In this document: one piece after another, positions 1 through 10,462 of the stretch
Numbering within the stretch: position 1 is the stretch's first letter
How the letters are laid out: every line of letters begins with the position of its first letter
NCBI GenBank assembly: GCA_963826785.1
Contig: CAWGYD010000003.1
Span: 64,001 to 128,000 of the forward strand
Source of the DNA: an uncultured delta proteobacterium
GTDB taxonomy: Bacteria; Desulfobacterota; Desulfobacteria; Desulfobacterales; Desulfosalsimonadaceae
Length of the DNA stretch: 64,000 bases
Direction of reading: 5' to 3'
Position numbers and translations under genes: made by a program
Notes under the pieces: model-generated
Databases searched by the model: none
Seen by the model: the letters and a program-made list of their open reading frames with translations, nothing else
What the model was told of the DNA's origin: nothing

Positions 1-1
1 T

Positions 2-1549
2 TTTAGTGGACAAGATATTGAGCAGATTGAAAATACGGGCTTAACTGTTGGACAGGTGGAAAAACAAATCCGTATTTTCCAGAAGGGGACCCCCTACCTG
101 AAACTCAACCGGCCCTGCACCGTTGGAGACGGGATCAAAAAATTCACCCGGCGGTCTTTTGACGATTCAGTGGACCTGTTTGAACAAAACGCCGGAAGAA
201 AGGATGTGATTAAATTCGTGCCGGCATCAGGGGCGGCGACCCGCATGTTCAAATCCCTGATGGCTGCCGATTCCCAATACGATACCATCCGGCGGGCCAG
301 CCATGCGGCCGGGACGGCGGACAATCCGGACCTGGTCTGCTTCATGGACGGGATCAGGCGGTTTGCCTTCTATCCGGACCTGAAGCGGTCGCTTTCCGGA
401 CAGGAAAAAGATATCGACCATCTGGTGGATATCGGAGAATTCAAGGATATCCTGGGCGCGCTTTTATATCCCCAGGGATTGGATTACGCTTCTTTGCCCA
501 AAGGATTGATCAAGTTTCATGCCTATGGAAATGAAAGCCGCACCGCTTTTGAGGAACACCTGGTGGAGGCCGCCGCCTATGCCCGGACCGACTCGGGCCG
601 ATGCCGTCTTCATTTAACCATATCTCCCGAGCACCGGGAAAAATTCGCAGCCCTCTTCGAAGCGGTCAAATCCGGATATGAGGATCGCTTCCGGGCGGTT
701 TTCACCATCGATTTTTCCGTTCAGCAGGATAATACCCGGACCATCGCGGTGGACACGGACAACCGGCCTTTCCGCAAATCCGACGGCACCCTCCTGTTTC
801 GTCCCGGCGGCCATGGCGCACTCCTCCGAAACCTCAATGAAATCGACGGAGACATTGTCTTTATCAAGAACATCGACAATGTCGCCCATGACCGGTTCAA
901 GAAAGAGACGACCGACTGGAAAAAGGCCCTGGGCGGATACCTGCTCTATATGGAGTCGGAAATCGCGTCGTTTATGGAACAACTCCACCGGCGGGAAGTC
1001 AGCGAATCGACACTGTCCGAGGCCACCGCATTTGTGGATGAAGAACTCAAGATAGAGCTGCCGGATGATTTCAGGAATTTCGTGTACGGCAGAAAGCGCG
1101 ATTACCTGATCCAGCTGATCAACCGTCCCCTTCGGGTGTGCGGCATGGTCAGAAACGTGGGGGAACCCGGCGGCGGCCCCTTCTGGGTGGAAGATCAAAA
1201 CGGCCGGCTTTCCCTGCAGATCGTGGAAACCTCTCAGATCGACCCGAACGACTCCGAACAGCAGGAGATTCTCTCCGCCTCCACCCATTTCAACCCGGTG
1301 GACATTGTCTGCGGCGTCCGGGACTGGCAGGGAAACGCCTTTGACCTGAGCCGTTTTGTGGATGAAGACGCGGTGTTCATCGCCGCCAAGTCGGAACAGG
1401 GAAAAGACCTCAAGGCCCTTGAATACCCGGGCCTGTGGAACGGCGCCATGGCCTTCTGGAATACCGTATTCGTCGAAGTCCCGGAAATCACCTTCAACCC
1501 GGTCAAAAAAGTCACCGACCTGCTCAGAGACGCCCATCAGCCTTTGTAG
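2..1549 (+). CDS. DUF4301 family protein (5'-truncated by the window edge); nucleotide-sugar pyrophosphorylase-like motifs
   Basis: Frame is open from base 2 (FSGQDIEQIENTGLTVGQVEKQI). Motifs KFVPASGAATRMFK, FRPGGHGAL, IKNIDN, GEPGGGPFW, THFNPVD, LWNGAMA, FNPVK. Confidence 0.8.
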   Translation, partial: FSGQDIEQIENTGLTVGQVEKQIRIFQKGTPYLKLNRPCTVGDGIKKFTRRSFDDSVDLFEQNAGRKDVIKFVPASGAATRMFKSLMAADSQYDTIRRASHAAGTADNPDLVCFMDGIRRFAFYPDLKRSLSGQEKDIDHLVDIGEFKDILGALLYPQGLDYASLPKGLIKFHAYGNESRTAFEEHLVEAAAYARTDSGRCRLHLTISPEHREKFAALFEAVKSGYEDRFRAVFTIDFSVQQDNTRTIAVDTDNRPFRKSDGTLLFRPGGHGALLRNLNEIDGDIVFIKNIDNVAHDRFKKETTDWKKALGGYLLYMESEIASFMEQLHRREVSESTLSEATAFVDEELKIELPDDFRNFVYGRKRDYLIQLINRPLRVCGMVRNVGEPGGGPFWVEDQNGRLSLQIVETSQIDPNDSEQQEILSASTHFNPVDIVCGVRDWQGNAFDLSRFVDEDAVFIAAKSEQGKDLKALEYPGLWNGAMAFWNTVFVEVPEITFNPVKKVTDLLRDAHQPL

Positions 1550-1578
1550 ATGGTAAAAATTGGTTCATGAACCGGCGC

Positions 1579-2400
1579 CTACCGGGCAAAGAGGAAAAAC
1601 GTGACCATCGCCAGCATCAGGCAATACGGGGCGAAATAATAGAGCCTGCCGTGCTTGACGATTTTCACCAGCAGGCTCAGGGCCGCATACCCCACCAGCC
1701 CGGAAGTGACCAGCCCGATCAGGGTGACGGAAAGCGGGATGGGACTCGCCGCCGTGTCCGAAAAGAGGCTCAACGCCAGAGCACCCAGGATCGCGGGAAT
1801 GGACAAAAGAAAGGAATACCGGGCGGCCTGCTCCCGTCCCAGCCCCAGGAACAGACCCGCGGCAATGGTAGACCCGGAGCGGGAGATGCCGGGCAGCACC
1901 GCGATTCCCTGCATGGTTCCGATGATAAGCGCCTTGAATGCCGAAAAATGCCCCTTTTCAGGCTCCGCCACGCGCCCCCCGGCCCACCGGGTGGACAGGA
2001 TCAGCAGGGCGGTGATGAACAGGCTTACCGCCACGATCCACAGGGATGAAAACAGGACTTCGGCCAGGTGGTTGAGATAAAAGCCGATAAGGGCCGTGGG
2101 GACCGACCCGACAATGATCAGGCCCGCCAGACGAAGGTCCGGATCACCGGCCGATGCGCTGCGGAAGCCGGCGGGAGTCAGCAGGCGAAGCACCGCATGG
2201 ATCATGCCCGCAATATCACGGTAAAAATAAACGGCCACCGCCAGGAGGGTCCCCACATGGACGCTTACGTCGAACATGATCGGCGGCTCGGCCAGTTTAA
2301 ACAGATGCTGGAAAATCACCAGATGCCCTGAACTGCTGACGGGAAAAAATTCCGTCAACCCCTGCACCGCCCCCAGAATGACCGCCTGATAAGGCTCCAT
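1579..2400 (-). CDS. uppP: undecaprenyl-diphosphate phosphatase (BacA)
   Basis: QGLTEFFPVSSSGH and PGISRSGSTI motifs; multi-pass hydrophobic protein. Confidence 0.95.
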   Translation of the reverse strand: MEPYQAVILGAVQGLTEFFPVSSSGHLVIFQHLFKLAEPPIMFDVSVHVGTLLAVAVYFYRDIAGMIHAVLRLLTPAGFRSASAGDPDLRLAGLIIVGSVPTALIGFYLNHLAEVLFSSLWIVAVSLFITALLILSTRWAGGRVAEPEKGHFSAFKALIIGTMQGIAVLPGISRSGSTIAAGLFLGLGREQAARYSFLLSIPAILGALALSLFSDTAASPIPLSVTLIGLVTSGLVGYAALSLLVKIVKHGRLYYFAPYCLMLAMVTFFLFAR

Positions 2401-2466
2401 ATATTCTCCCGTTATTGCCGCCTTTGATTCACGCGCATATAAATGTTCATAAATTCAGAGATCGTG

Positions 2467-3888
2467 TCACCCCCGGGCATCGTGCCCGGATTTGGCTTCG
2501 TCCTGCGCCAGATGGTCTGCTTCTGCCACCGCGCCGCGGATCACTTCGAGAATAATCAGCGGTTCTTTTTGGAGATTCGTGCATGTAAGCCGCTGGCGGG
2601 GCAAAATGTTCAATGCATCCCCGGCATCCGCGCTCCGGTCCCGGCCATCCTCCCGGAGGACGGCCCTGCCCGAAACCACCATCCAGTGCAAAGCGGGATA
2701 CGGGTGCCCCTTTACAGTCAGGGCGGTTTCCGGATGCAGGGTAATCTTCCGAAGAATTAATTCAGGCCCGGTTTCCAAAGCTTCAATGGTCCCCCAGTCA
2801 TACAGGGTACGGGCGTGGGTCCGGCATTCCGGCCGGCCCTTTTCCTTGAGAAGATCCACCACCTGCTTGACCCCCTGGGATTTGTCCAGAGAACAGATCA
2901 GCACCGCATCCGTGGTTTCGATCACCGCCAGGCGGCTGACCCCCGTCATGGCCACCAGGCGGCTGTCGGCGTACACCAGCGTGTCTGAAACGTCGTTTAT
3001 GACCGCATCCCCGCGGATCACATTTCCGGACGCGTCCTTTTCACCCACCTTCCAGAGGGCTTCCCAGGATCCCACATCATCCCATCCCGCCTCAAACGGG
3101 ACCATCATCCCTTGATCCGTCTTTTCCATGACCGCATAATCGATGGAATCCGACGGGCATGCGTCAAAGGCGTCCTTGTCCAGATAGAAAAACGGAGCGT
3201 GCGCCCGCCCTTTTTCAAACGCATCTCTTGCGGCAGCCATGATATCCGGGACATGGCGGCTCAGTTCATCGATGACCCGGTTTGCGTTAAACAGGAACAT
3301 GCCGCTGTTCCAGCAGTATTCGCCGGAGGCAAGATATTTCACAGCCGTGTTGAGGTCCGGCTTTTCGACAAACTCCGCAATGGAAAAAACGCCTTCACTT
3401 TCTGCCGCTTCCCCTTTGCGGATATATCCATAGCCGGTCTCCGGCCGGTCCGGGATGATGCCGAAGGTGACCAATCCCCCGCTTCGGGCCGATTTTTCGG
3501 CAAGGCGCAGGGCATGATGAAATTTGTCAAGATCGGCGATCAGGTGATCGGCCGGCAGGACCAGGATCAATGCATCCGGGTCGATGGAGGCGGCTTTCAA
3601 CGCGGCCACTGCCACTGCCGGGGCGGTGTTCCGGCCCACCGGCTCCAGAAAAATCGCCGGCGGCGCCACTCCGATTTCCTGGAGCTGCCCGGCGACGATA
3701 AACCCGTGGGACTGATTGCAGATGACGATGGGCGGCCCCGCGCCCTCAAAACCCCTCATCCGCTGGGCGGTATTCTGGAGCATGGTGAGGTTGTCGGTCA
3801 GGGGAAAAAACTGCTTCGGCATCAGCGCCCTGGACATGGGCCACAACCGGGTCCCGGAGCCACCGGCCAGAATGACGGGAATGATCAC
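2467..3888 (-). CDS. manC: mannose-1-phosphate guanylyltransferase with C-terminal cupin (PMI-type) domain
   Basis: [59 protein letters not shown] start after AAGGAG. Confidence 0.92.
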   Translation of the reverse strand: MIIPVILAGGSGTRLWPMSRALMPKQFFPLTDNLTMLQNTAQRMRGFEGAGPPIVICNQSHGFIVAGQLQEIGVAPPAIFLEPVGRNTAPAVAVAALKAASIDPDALILVLPADHLIADLDKFHHALRLAEKSARSGGLVTFGIIPDRPETGYGYIRKGEAAESEGVFSIAEFVEKPDLNTAVKYLASGEYCWNSGMFLFNANRVIDELSRHVPDIMAAARDAFEKGRAHAPFFYLDKDAFDACPSDSIDYAVMEKTDQGMMVPFEAGWDDVGSWEALWKVGEKDASGNVIRGDAVINDVSDTLVYADSRLVAMTGVSRLAVIETTDAVLICSLDKSQGVKQVVDLLKEKGRPECRTHARTLYDWGTIEALETGPELILRKITLHPETALTVKGHPYPALHWMVVSGRAVLREDGRDRSADAGDALNILPRQRLTCTNLQKEPLIILEVIRGAVAEADHLAQDEAKSGHDARG

Positions 3889-3952
3889 ACATTTCTCCTT
3901 TCGGATTCAATTGATTTCAATGTTGAGTTTCACTGGCGAAAGAAAGGACGGA

Positions 3953-4399
3953 TCAATCCGGATCCAGCAGGGCAAACCCGGTGGCGGCATCATGACGGCG
4001 CATGGCCGCATGGCCGGTCAGCTCCATCATGACCACTTCCAGCACGTGCCAGATTTTCACCCCGGCGCGGACGCACCCGGTGACGGTGCGGTCCTCCCGG
4101 CCGCAGGCCATGTGCATGTGCAGCACCGGTTCGCCCTGCGCGTCCGGGAAAATGGTGCCGGTGCCGGTCACTTCGCAGACATTTTCCAGCATGCGGGTCA
4201 TGGGGACGATCTTTTCCGCCCGGCCGGACTCGGGACCGACCACCAGCCGGCTTCCGGCGTCCGCGCCGCCTAAAGCAATCAATGCCGCGGACTTGATGCC
4301 GTGGTCCCGGGCGAACTGCTCTATGGTTTCATGCAGGATTTCCCCGTCCTCCAGGCGGAGGATAAAGGTCCTTCCCTGCTGTGCCTGGCAGTATTTCAT
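3953..4399 (-). CDS. PPC/DUF296 domain protein
   Basis: FILRLEDGE, GTGTIF, PVLHMHM and TGC pattern of PPC domains. Confidence 0.8.
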   Translation of the reverse strand: MKYCQAQQGRTFILRLEDGEILHETIEQFARDHGIKSAALIALGGADAGSRLVVGPESGRAEKIVPMTRMLENVCEVTGTGTIFPDAQGEPVLHMHMACGREDRTVTGCVRAGVKIWHVLEVVMMELTGHAAMRRHDAATGFALLDPD

Positions 4400-4442
4400 G
4401 CGTCTTTTTACCTTTCTCATTCAGCGGATCAAGCGATCCGAC

Positions 4443-6029
4443 TCAGATTTTCCCGTGCTGATACGAGGATATGCCGGAAGGCAGGTTGACGATCGGCCTG
4501 CCCGCAGATGTGATGCATTTTCCCACCTTGAATGCGCCCGGGATCTGTTTTGCGATGTCGGCAAATCGCTCTGCCGGGCAGGTAAACAGCAGTTCATAGT
4601 CCTCTCCGCCGGAAAGCATCATCATTGCCGGATCCAGGTCATATTTGCCGCAAAAGCGGACCAGGTCGGGAGCGTTTTCAAAATAATGCGGTTCAAACTC
4701 GATGGAAACCCCGGAGGCGGCGGCCACATGGGCCGCGTCCCCGGCCAGCCCGTCGGAAAGATCCATGACGCAGTTGACGCCATGCGCCGCAAGAATTTCT
4801 GCGGCATCGAACCGGGCCCGGGGGGACACGAATCTCTTTTTTAATTCCGGAAACGAAAAGTCGAATTTTTCAAGGGCCATCAACCCGGCCCGGGCCAGCC
4901 CCAAAGGCCCCGTCACGTACACGCCGTCGCCTTCTCTTGCGTTGGAGCGCGCCGGGAATATGTGCTCATGCCCCTCCCCGATGGCAAACAAGTCGATGGA
5001 AAACTCTCTTCCCGCGGACAGGTTGCCCCCGCCCAGAAAGGCCGAGTGGCGGCTAAGGGCGGTGGAGATGCCCTGGTAGAGTTCCTCCACCGCACTTTCG
5101 GTCATGTGGGGGGGCAGCGTCAGATTGACAAACAGGCCTGCCGGTTCGGCAAAGCAGGCGGCCAGGTCGCTGAAGGTGATCTCCACCGCCTTGTCCCCGA
5201 TCTCCTGAAACGACTGCCACTTAAGTTTGAAATGGACATTTTCCTTCTGGGCATCCGTGGTGATCACCGGCCGGGAAAAGGAAGACAGCAGGGCGGCGTC
5301 ATCTCCGGGCCGGACCCGGACCCGGTCGGTGGCCTGATATTGTCTTAAAATGCCGGCGATCAGCCCGAATTCGTCGGACCAGGGGAAAACCGCCTGCCGG
5401 GGCGGGCGTCCGCAGGCTTCGGCGAAGGTCTTTGCCGAAGCCGCCGGATCTGCAACCCGGGTGATGCAGCTGATCACCGCCGCACCGGATGCCCCGTGGT
5501 CGAAACAGGCCTTTGCCGATGCCGCATCGATGCCGCCGATGGCCACCACCGGCAGGGACGATTTTTCCACCACCGCCCGCAGCCCGGACAGGCCGATGAC
5601 GGGGTGGGCATCGGCTTTTGTACGGGTGCCGAAAACCGGCCCGGTTCCGATATAATCGCAGGCGGAAAGATCCGTTCTCTCCAGTTCGGCCAGGGTGGAG
5701 ACGGATACGCCGATGATCGCATCCGGCCCCAGGATCTGCCGGGCGACTTCGGCACGCTCATCCGTCTGGCCCAGGTGCACGCCGTCGGCATCGAGGGCTT
5801 TGGCCAGCAGGATGTCGTCGTTGACCACAAACGGAGTCCGGTACAGCCGGCACAGCCGCCGGATGGCGCGGGCTTCGTCAAAATAAGACGATGAAAAGGA
5901 TTTGCGGCGGTATTGAATGATGGAGGCGCCGGCAAGAAGTGCGGTTTGAGCCTGATCACAGGGGGTAAACCCGGAGATAGCGTCATCGGTGATGAAATAG
6001 AAGCGGTACCGGTTGTTCATCTCATTCAT
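4443..6029 (-). CDS. thiE-thiL: fused thiamine-phosphate synthase (ThiE) / thiamine-monophosphate kinase (ThiL)
   Basis: N-half: VNDD, GVHLGQTD, GPVFGTRTK, VAIGGI. C-half: EFGLI, GDDAA, SDLAA, MDLSDGL, GGEDYELLFT. Start could be 6029 or 6020. Confidence 0.9.
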   Translation of the reverse strand: MNEMNNRYRFYFITDDAISGFTPCDQAQTALLAGASIIQYRRKSFSSSYFDEARAIRRLCRLYRTPFVVNDDILLAKALDADGVHLGQTDERAEVARQILGPDAIIGVSVSTLAELERTDLSACDYIGTGPVFGTRTKADAHPVIGLSGLRAVVEKSSLPVVAIGGIDAASAKACFDHGASGAAVISCITRVADPAASAKTFAEACGRPPRQAVFPWSDEFGLIAGILRQYQATDRVRVRPGDDAALLSSFSRPVITTDAQKENVHFKLKWQSFQEIGDKAVEITFSDLAACFAEPAGLFVNLTLPPHMTESAVEELYQGISTALSRHSAFLGGGNLSAGREFSIDLFAIGEGHEHIFPARSNAREGDGVYVTGPLGLARAGLMALEKFDFSFPELKKRFVSPRARFDAAEILAAHGVNCVMDLSDGLAGDAAHVAAASGVSIEFEPHYFENAPDLVRFCGKYDLDPAMMMLSGGEDYELLFTCPAERFADIAKQIPGAFKVGKCITSAGRPIVNLPSGISSYQHGKI

Positions 6030-6582
6030 GAATTTGTTCTTCTCCAAACAGGCGAACCCAGGACATGAACCGATCCGCTTTGTCTTTGCCGTACCTGCCG
6101 ATCTGCGCCTGCACCTCTAAAAGCGGGTATTCTTTTTCATATTCCCCGTTTTTCTTTGAAAAAAATTTGTCCGCATAGCAGACGATCTTTTCTTCCAGGG
6201 TCTGGGGAAGTGCCTCCCTTTCCGGAAGGGGAAGGCGGTCTATGCGGATGTCTTCCACGGTCAGGCCCACGCCCACATGCCGTTCACACACCAGGGCGTG
6301 CCGGGGCATGCCCGCTTTTTCCAGCAGGTCCCGTCCGAGATATCCGTGGCACACATAGGGGTGCGTTCCGAAACACCCGATGGACGGCGCATGGGTCAGG
6401 AAGATCCCGATATCGTGGAGCAGGGCGGCTTCCTCGATGAAGGAGACATCCGGCTTCAGGCGGACCATTCTTTCGGCGACCTGCCGCGCCTTTCTCGCCA
6501 CGGCCCCGGCATGGGCCATGTATATAGAATGGAGAGGCGAACCGGGCGCATAGAATGAATCGATGATCGCCTGAACCGTCAT
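6022..6582 (-). CDS. HD-domain phosphohydrolase
   Basis: H...AALLHDIG...HG...ERH...YADKF metal-binding pattern. Confidence 0.85.
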   Translation of the reverse strand: MTVQAIIDSFYAPGSPLHSIYMAHAGAVARKARQVAERMVRLKPDVSFIEEAALLHDIGIFLTHAPSIGCFGTHPYVCHGYLGRDLLEKAGMPRHALVCERHVGVGLTVEDIRIDRLPLPEREALPQTLEEKIVCYADKFFSKKNGEYEKEYPLLEVQAQIGRYGKDKADRFMSWVRLFGEEQIHE

Positions 6583-6585
6583 CTG

Positions 6586-7687
6586 CTACCCGGCCTGGCG
6601 GGAGAGGAGCACTCCCTCGATGAACGGATCCAGGTCGCCGTCCAGCACGGCGCTTACGTTTCCCACCTCCAGGTTGATGCGGTGGTCCTTGATCAGCTGG
6701 TAGGGGTGCAGCACATAGGAGCGGATCTGGCTGCCCCAGGCGATTTCGTCCTTGCTGTCGTGCATGTCCTGAAGCTTTTGATCCTGTTTCTGCTTTTCCA
6801 TCTGGTACATCCGTGCCCGCAGAACCTTCATGGCCAGTTCCCGGTTGCGGATCTGTGATTTTTCCTGCTGGCACTGGACCACGATGCCGGTGGGCATGTG
6901 GGTGATGCGGACCGCGCTGCTGGTCTTGTTCACGTGCTGTCCGCCCGCCCCGCTGGCGCGGAACGTATCGATGCGCAGGTCCCCCTCATCGATCTCCACG
7001 GTGATTTCATCCTCCAGTTCGGGATAGACGAACACGGAAGCAAAGGAGGTGTGCCGTTTTCCATTGGCATTGAAAGGAGAAATCCGGACCAGGCGATGCA
7101 CCCCGTTTTCCGCCTTGAGGTATCCGTAGGCATAGAGCCCTTCGACGGTGAAGGTGACCCCCTTGATTCCCGCTTCGTCGCCGTCCTGGTAATCGATCAG
7201 CTTCATGGTAAAGCCTTTTTGCTCGATCCACCGGGAATACATGCGAAACAGCATTTCCGCCCAGTCCTGGGCCTCGGTCCCCCCGGCCCCGGCATTGATG
7301 GACATGATGGCGTTGTTTTCATCCTCATCGCCGTTTAGCATCACTTCAAGCGAAAAGGAGTTGATCTGCCGGTCGATGGTGTCCGCCTGCCGGCGGGCAT
7401 CCGCGATGACCGATTCGTCTTCTTCCTCCATGCCGAGATCCAGCAGGATTTCGCATTCTTCCAGCCGGGCGTACAGCTGCTCCCAACTCTCGACTCTTCG
7501 GGTCAGCGCGGAGCGCTCCTTCAAGATGGTCTTTGCCTTTTCCGGCTCCGCCCAGAATTTCTCGTCGCCCAGTATGCTTTCGATTTCCTGTAAACGCTTC
7601 TGCTTGCCCGGCAGGTCAAAGATACTCCTTCAACTGGTCAAGCCGTTCATAATCTTCCTTGATTTTCTGCTTCATCTCAAATGTCAT
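6586..7687 (-). CDS. prfB: peptide chain release factor 2, translated through a programmed +1 frameshift
   Basis: GGQ motif (SGAGGQHVN), SPF motif, GGTEAQDW. Upstream ORF starts at ATG 7687 and ends CTT-TGA-C at 7621-7615; a +1 shift joins the main frame. Confidence 0.97.
7615..7630 (-). promoter_or_regulatory. prfB frameshift cassette (internal Shine-Dalgarno plus slippery CTT TGA C)
   Basis: Minus strand reads AAGGAG TAT CTT TGA C. Confidence 0.95.
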
Positions 7688-7732
7688 TTTTCAAACTCCT
7701 TTTGCCCATATTTCCGACTTTAATATAATCAT

Positions 7733-9292
7733 TTACCCTCGGAATTGCCTCTTTAGCACGGCCAGAACCGCCAATGCAATAAAACAGGCCCAGGCGGCCA
7801 CATCCCCGTAGGCCGTGTAAACGGATATCGTCTCGGTCATCACCGGCACGCGCTGCGCCATTGCCGCCTTTTCAAACAGTACCGAGGATTGGATGATCCG
7901 GCCGCACGGATCGATAAACCCGCTGATGCCGGTATTGGCGGCCCGGACCAGGCTTCGCCGGTTTTCAATCGCCCGAAACGCGGCCATGGCAAAATGCTGG
8001 TACGGCGCGCTGGTGTTTCCGAACCACGCATCATTGGTGATATTGACCAGGAGCCCCGCGTGATTTGCCACCGCTTCCGCCGCCAGCCGGGGGAAGATAA
8101 TTTCATAACAGATGAGGACCCCCATGTCCGCGCGCTCCCACTCGAGGGTGTCCCCCTTGCTGCCCGGCTTGAAATCCCCCACCTGGGCCACGATGGAATT
8201 GATAAAGGGTAGCCATTTCTGAAACGGCACGTATTCCCCGAAGGGAACCAGGTGGACCTTGTCATACCGGTCGATGACCCGCCCCTCTGCACTGATCAGG
8301 TATGCGGAGTTGAAATACCGGATATCCTTTTTGCCCGCGACTTCCACGGAAGGGCTGCCCACAAGCGAGGTGATCCCGATCCGTCGGATACCGCTCAGCA
8401 CCATGTCCGTCATGTACTGATCATAATAAAAATAAAAAGGGGCCGCGGTTTCCGGCCAGACGATCAAATCCGGATGCTGGCGTGAAATCTCTTCCGACAA
8501 TGACAGATAGGTGTCGATGGTCTTTCGTCGAAAGGCCATGTCCCATTTCAGATCCTGACCGATATTCCCCTGAAGGACCGCGGCATTGATATGGTCCGCT
8601 CCGGAGGCCTGCGCATCGATGGCCTTCATGCGGAACTGGCCGTACAGCAGACAGCTTCCCACGAGAAACACCGCCAGGGCCGCAGACACCCCGAACAGCT
8701 TTCCGGTGATCCGCTTTCCCCGCCAGGTCTTCCTGGCGGCAAACAGGTATCCCGCAAAAACCACCGTGTTTGCAAACACCAGGATGCAGGATATCCCGTA
8801 TACCCCCCAGATATCTGCGGTCTGGACCAGTGTCAGCCAGTGGTACTGGGAATAGCCCAGCAACCCCCAGGGGAACCCGGAAAAGAGCCAGGTGCGCAGA
8901 TACTCCATGGCCACCCATGCCGTCGGCGCGGCGATCAGCAGCGTGACCGGGCTGTCGCCCAGGCGGTTGACCAGCACCGCGAAAAAGCCGATATACAGGG
9001 CCAGATAAAACGCCAGGAGAAACAGGATGACAATGCTCAATGCCCAGGGCAGATATCCGTAGAACCGCATGGTGGGTGCCAGCCAGTACAAAAGGGACAG
9101 GAAATGCACCAGCCCCGCGGTCAGCCCCGCATAGAAGCTGCTGCGGCCATTTGCGTCCCGGATGGCCAGCAGCAGAAAGACCAGGGCAAACCAGGTGATC
9201 CACCACAGGCGCACATTGGGAAAGCCGGCGGTCAGCAGGATTCCGGAAAGGCCCGACAGAAAGAATCGGTTCAAGCGGCCGTTTGCATTCAT
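7733..9292 (-). CDS. lnt: apolipoprotein N-acyltransferase
   Basis: GFPW, QGNI, WPETA, YDKVHLVPFGEYVP, ICYE, TNDAWFG, RAANTGIS. Confidence 0.96.
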   Translation of the reverse strand: MNANGRLNRFFLSGLSGILLTAGFPNVRLWWITWFALVFLLLAIRDANGRSSFYAGLTAGLVHFLSLLYWLAPTMRFYGYLPWALSIVILFLLAFYLALYIGFFAVLVNRLGDSPVTLLIAAPTAWVAMEYLRTWLFSGFPWGLLGYSQYHWLTLVQTADIWGVYGISCILVFANTVVFAGYLFAARKTWRGKRITGKLFGVSAALAVFLVGSCLLYGQFRMKAIDAQASGADHINAAVLQGNIGQDLKWDMAFRRKTIDTYLSLSEEISRQHPDLIVWPETAAPFYFYYDQYMTDMVLSGIRRIGITSLVGSPSVEVAGKKDIRYFNSAYLISAEGRVIDRYDKVHLVPFGEYVPFQKWLPFINSIVAQVGDFKPGSKGDTLEWERADMGVLICYEIIFPRLAAEAVANHAGLLVNITNDAWFGNTSAPYQHFAMAAFRAIENRRSLVRAANTGISGFIDPCGRIIQSSVLFEKAAMAQRVPVMTETISVYTAYGDVAAWACFIALAVLAVLKRQFRG

Positions 9293-9564
9293 GTATTTTG
9301 TCTTATCGAAGATTGGGTGCGCGTAAAATCAGTTAACTTATTGCATCTGCTTGAAAATTGTCAATGGCTTTCTGGGTTGGATAAGGGTTGGATACCGGGC
9401 CTGGTTTTTGCCTTGCCTTTTGCAGAAATATTTTATAAAACTGCAAGCAATTAATAATAATACGATTTAATTGTATTGCAACCCTTTGAACCCAAACCGG
9501 ATTTCCTTGCCGGCGGTATGCAGCACCCGCCCCGGCATTTAGCTCAAACGCGAAATTGCGCCCA

Positions 9565-10452
9565 ATGAAAATTCTGATTATCGGCGGAAACGGCCAGCTG
9601 GGGAAAGACTGCCGCACCGTTCTGGCGCCGCATCATACGGTAGACAGCGTCGACATCGACACGCTGGATATCACGGATGCCCGCATGGTGGAGACCGCCG
9701 TCAACCGGATGCTTCCGGAGGTGATCGTCAACTGCGCCGCCTTTACGCAGGTGGATGCCTGCGAATCCCAACCGGATCTTGCCCGCCGGGTCAATGCGGA
9801 CGGCCCGAAGCACCTGGCCGCCTCCGCACACCGGCATGGCGCGACACTGGTGCACATTTCCACCGATTATGTGTTTGACGGGAAAAAGCCCGTTGACCAG
9901 GCGTATACGGAAGCCGACGACGTTTGCCCCCTCTCCTGCTACGGAAGGACCAAGCTTGCCGGAGAGCGCAATATCGCCGAGAACACCGACAACTATATCA
10001 TTCTTCGCACCGCATGGCTTTACGGCATCCACGGTAAAAATTTTCTGGGGGCCATTTTGAAAAAAGTCCTCCACAGCCCTGAAGAAGCGGTCCGGATCGT
10101 CGATGATCAATACGGATCGCCCACCTGGAGTCTTCGGCTGGCGCATCAAATCCAGACCCTGGTGGAATCCCGGAAGCAGGGCATCTTTCATGCATCGGCC
10201 CAGGGCTTTTGCTCCTGGCATGAACTGGCCCGCTATTTTCTGGATCAGATGTCCGTGCCCCACCGGATCGTTGCCTGCACCACGGCACAATATCCCACCC
10301 CGGCGGCCCGGCCAAAAAACTCCATCCTGGAAAACCGGCGGCTGGAACAGGAACAAATCAATGTGATGGTTCCCTGGCAGAAGGATATCGACGAATATGT
10401 TCGAACCTATAAAGCCCGGCTGATCCGGCAATACGGACCCTCGGAAAGTTAA
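9565..10452 (+). CDS. rmlD: dTDP-4-dehydrorhamnose reductase
   Basis: [32 protein letters not shown]. Confidence 0.95.
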   Translation: MKILIIGGNGQLGKDCRTVLAPHHTVDSVDIDTLDITDARMVETAVNRMLPEVIVNCAAFTQVDACESQPDLARRVNADGPKHLAASAHRHGATLVHISTDYVFDGKKPVDQAYTEADDVCPLSCYGRTKLAGERNIAENTDNYIILRTAWLYGIHGKNFLGAILKKVLHSPEEAVRIVDDQYGSPTWSLRLAHQIQTLVESRKQGIFHASAQGFCSWHELARYFLDQMSVPHRIVACTTAQYPTPAARPKNSILENRRLEQEQINVMVPWQKDIDEYVRTYKARLIRQYGPSES

Positions 10453-10462
10453 AGGATTTTTA

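Noticed and set aside
9512..9523. ops-like GGCGGTATGCAG upstream of rmlD
   Set aside because: Only a partial match to GGCGGTAGnnTG, no JUMPstart context, and likely by chance in GC-rich DNA.
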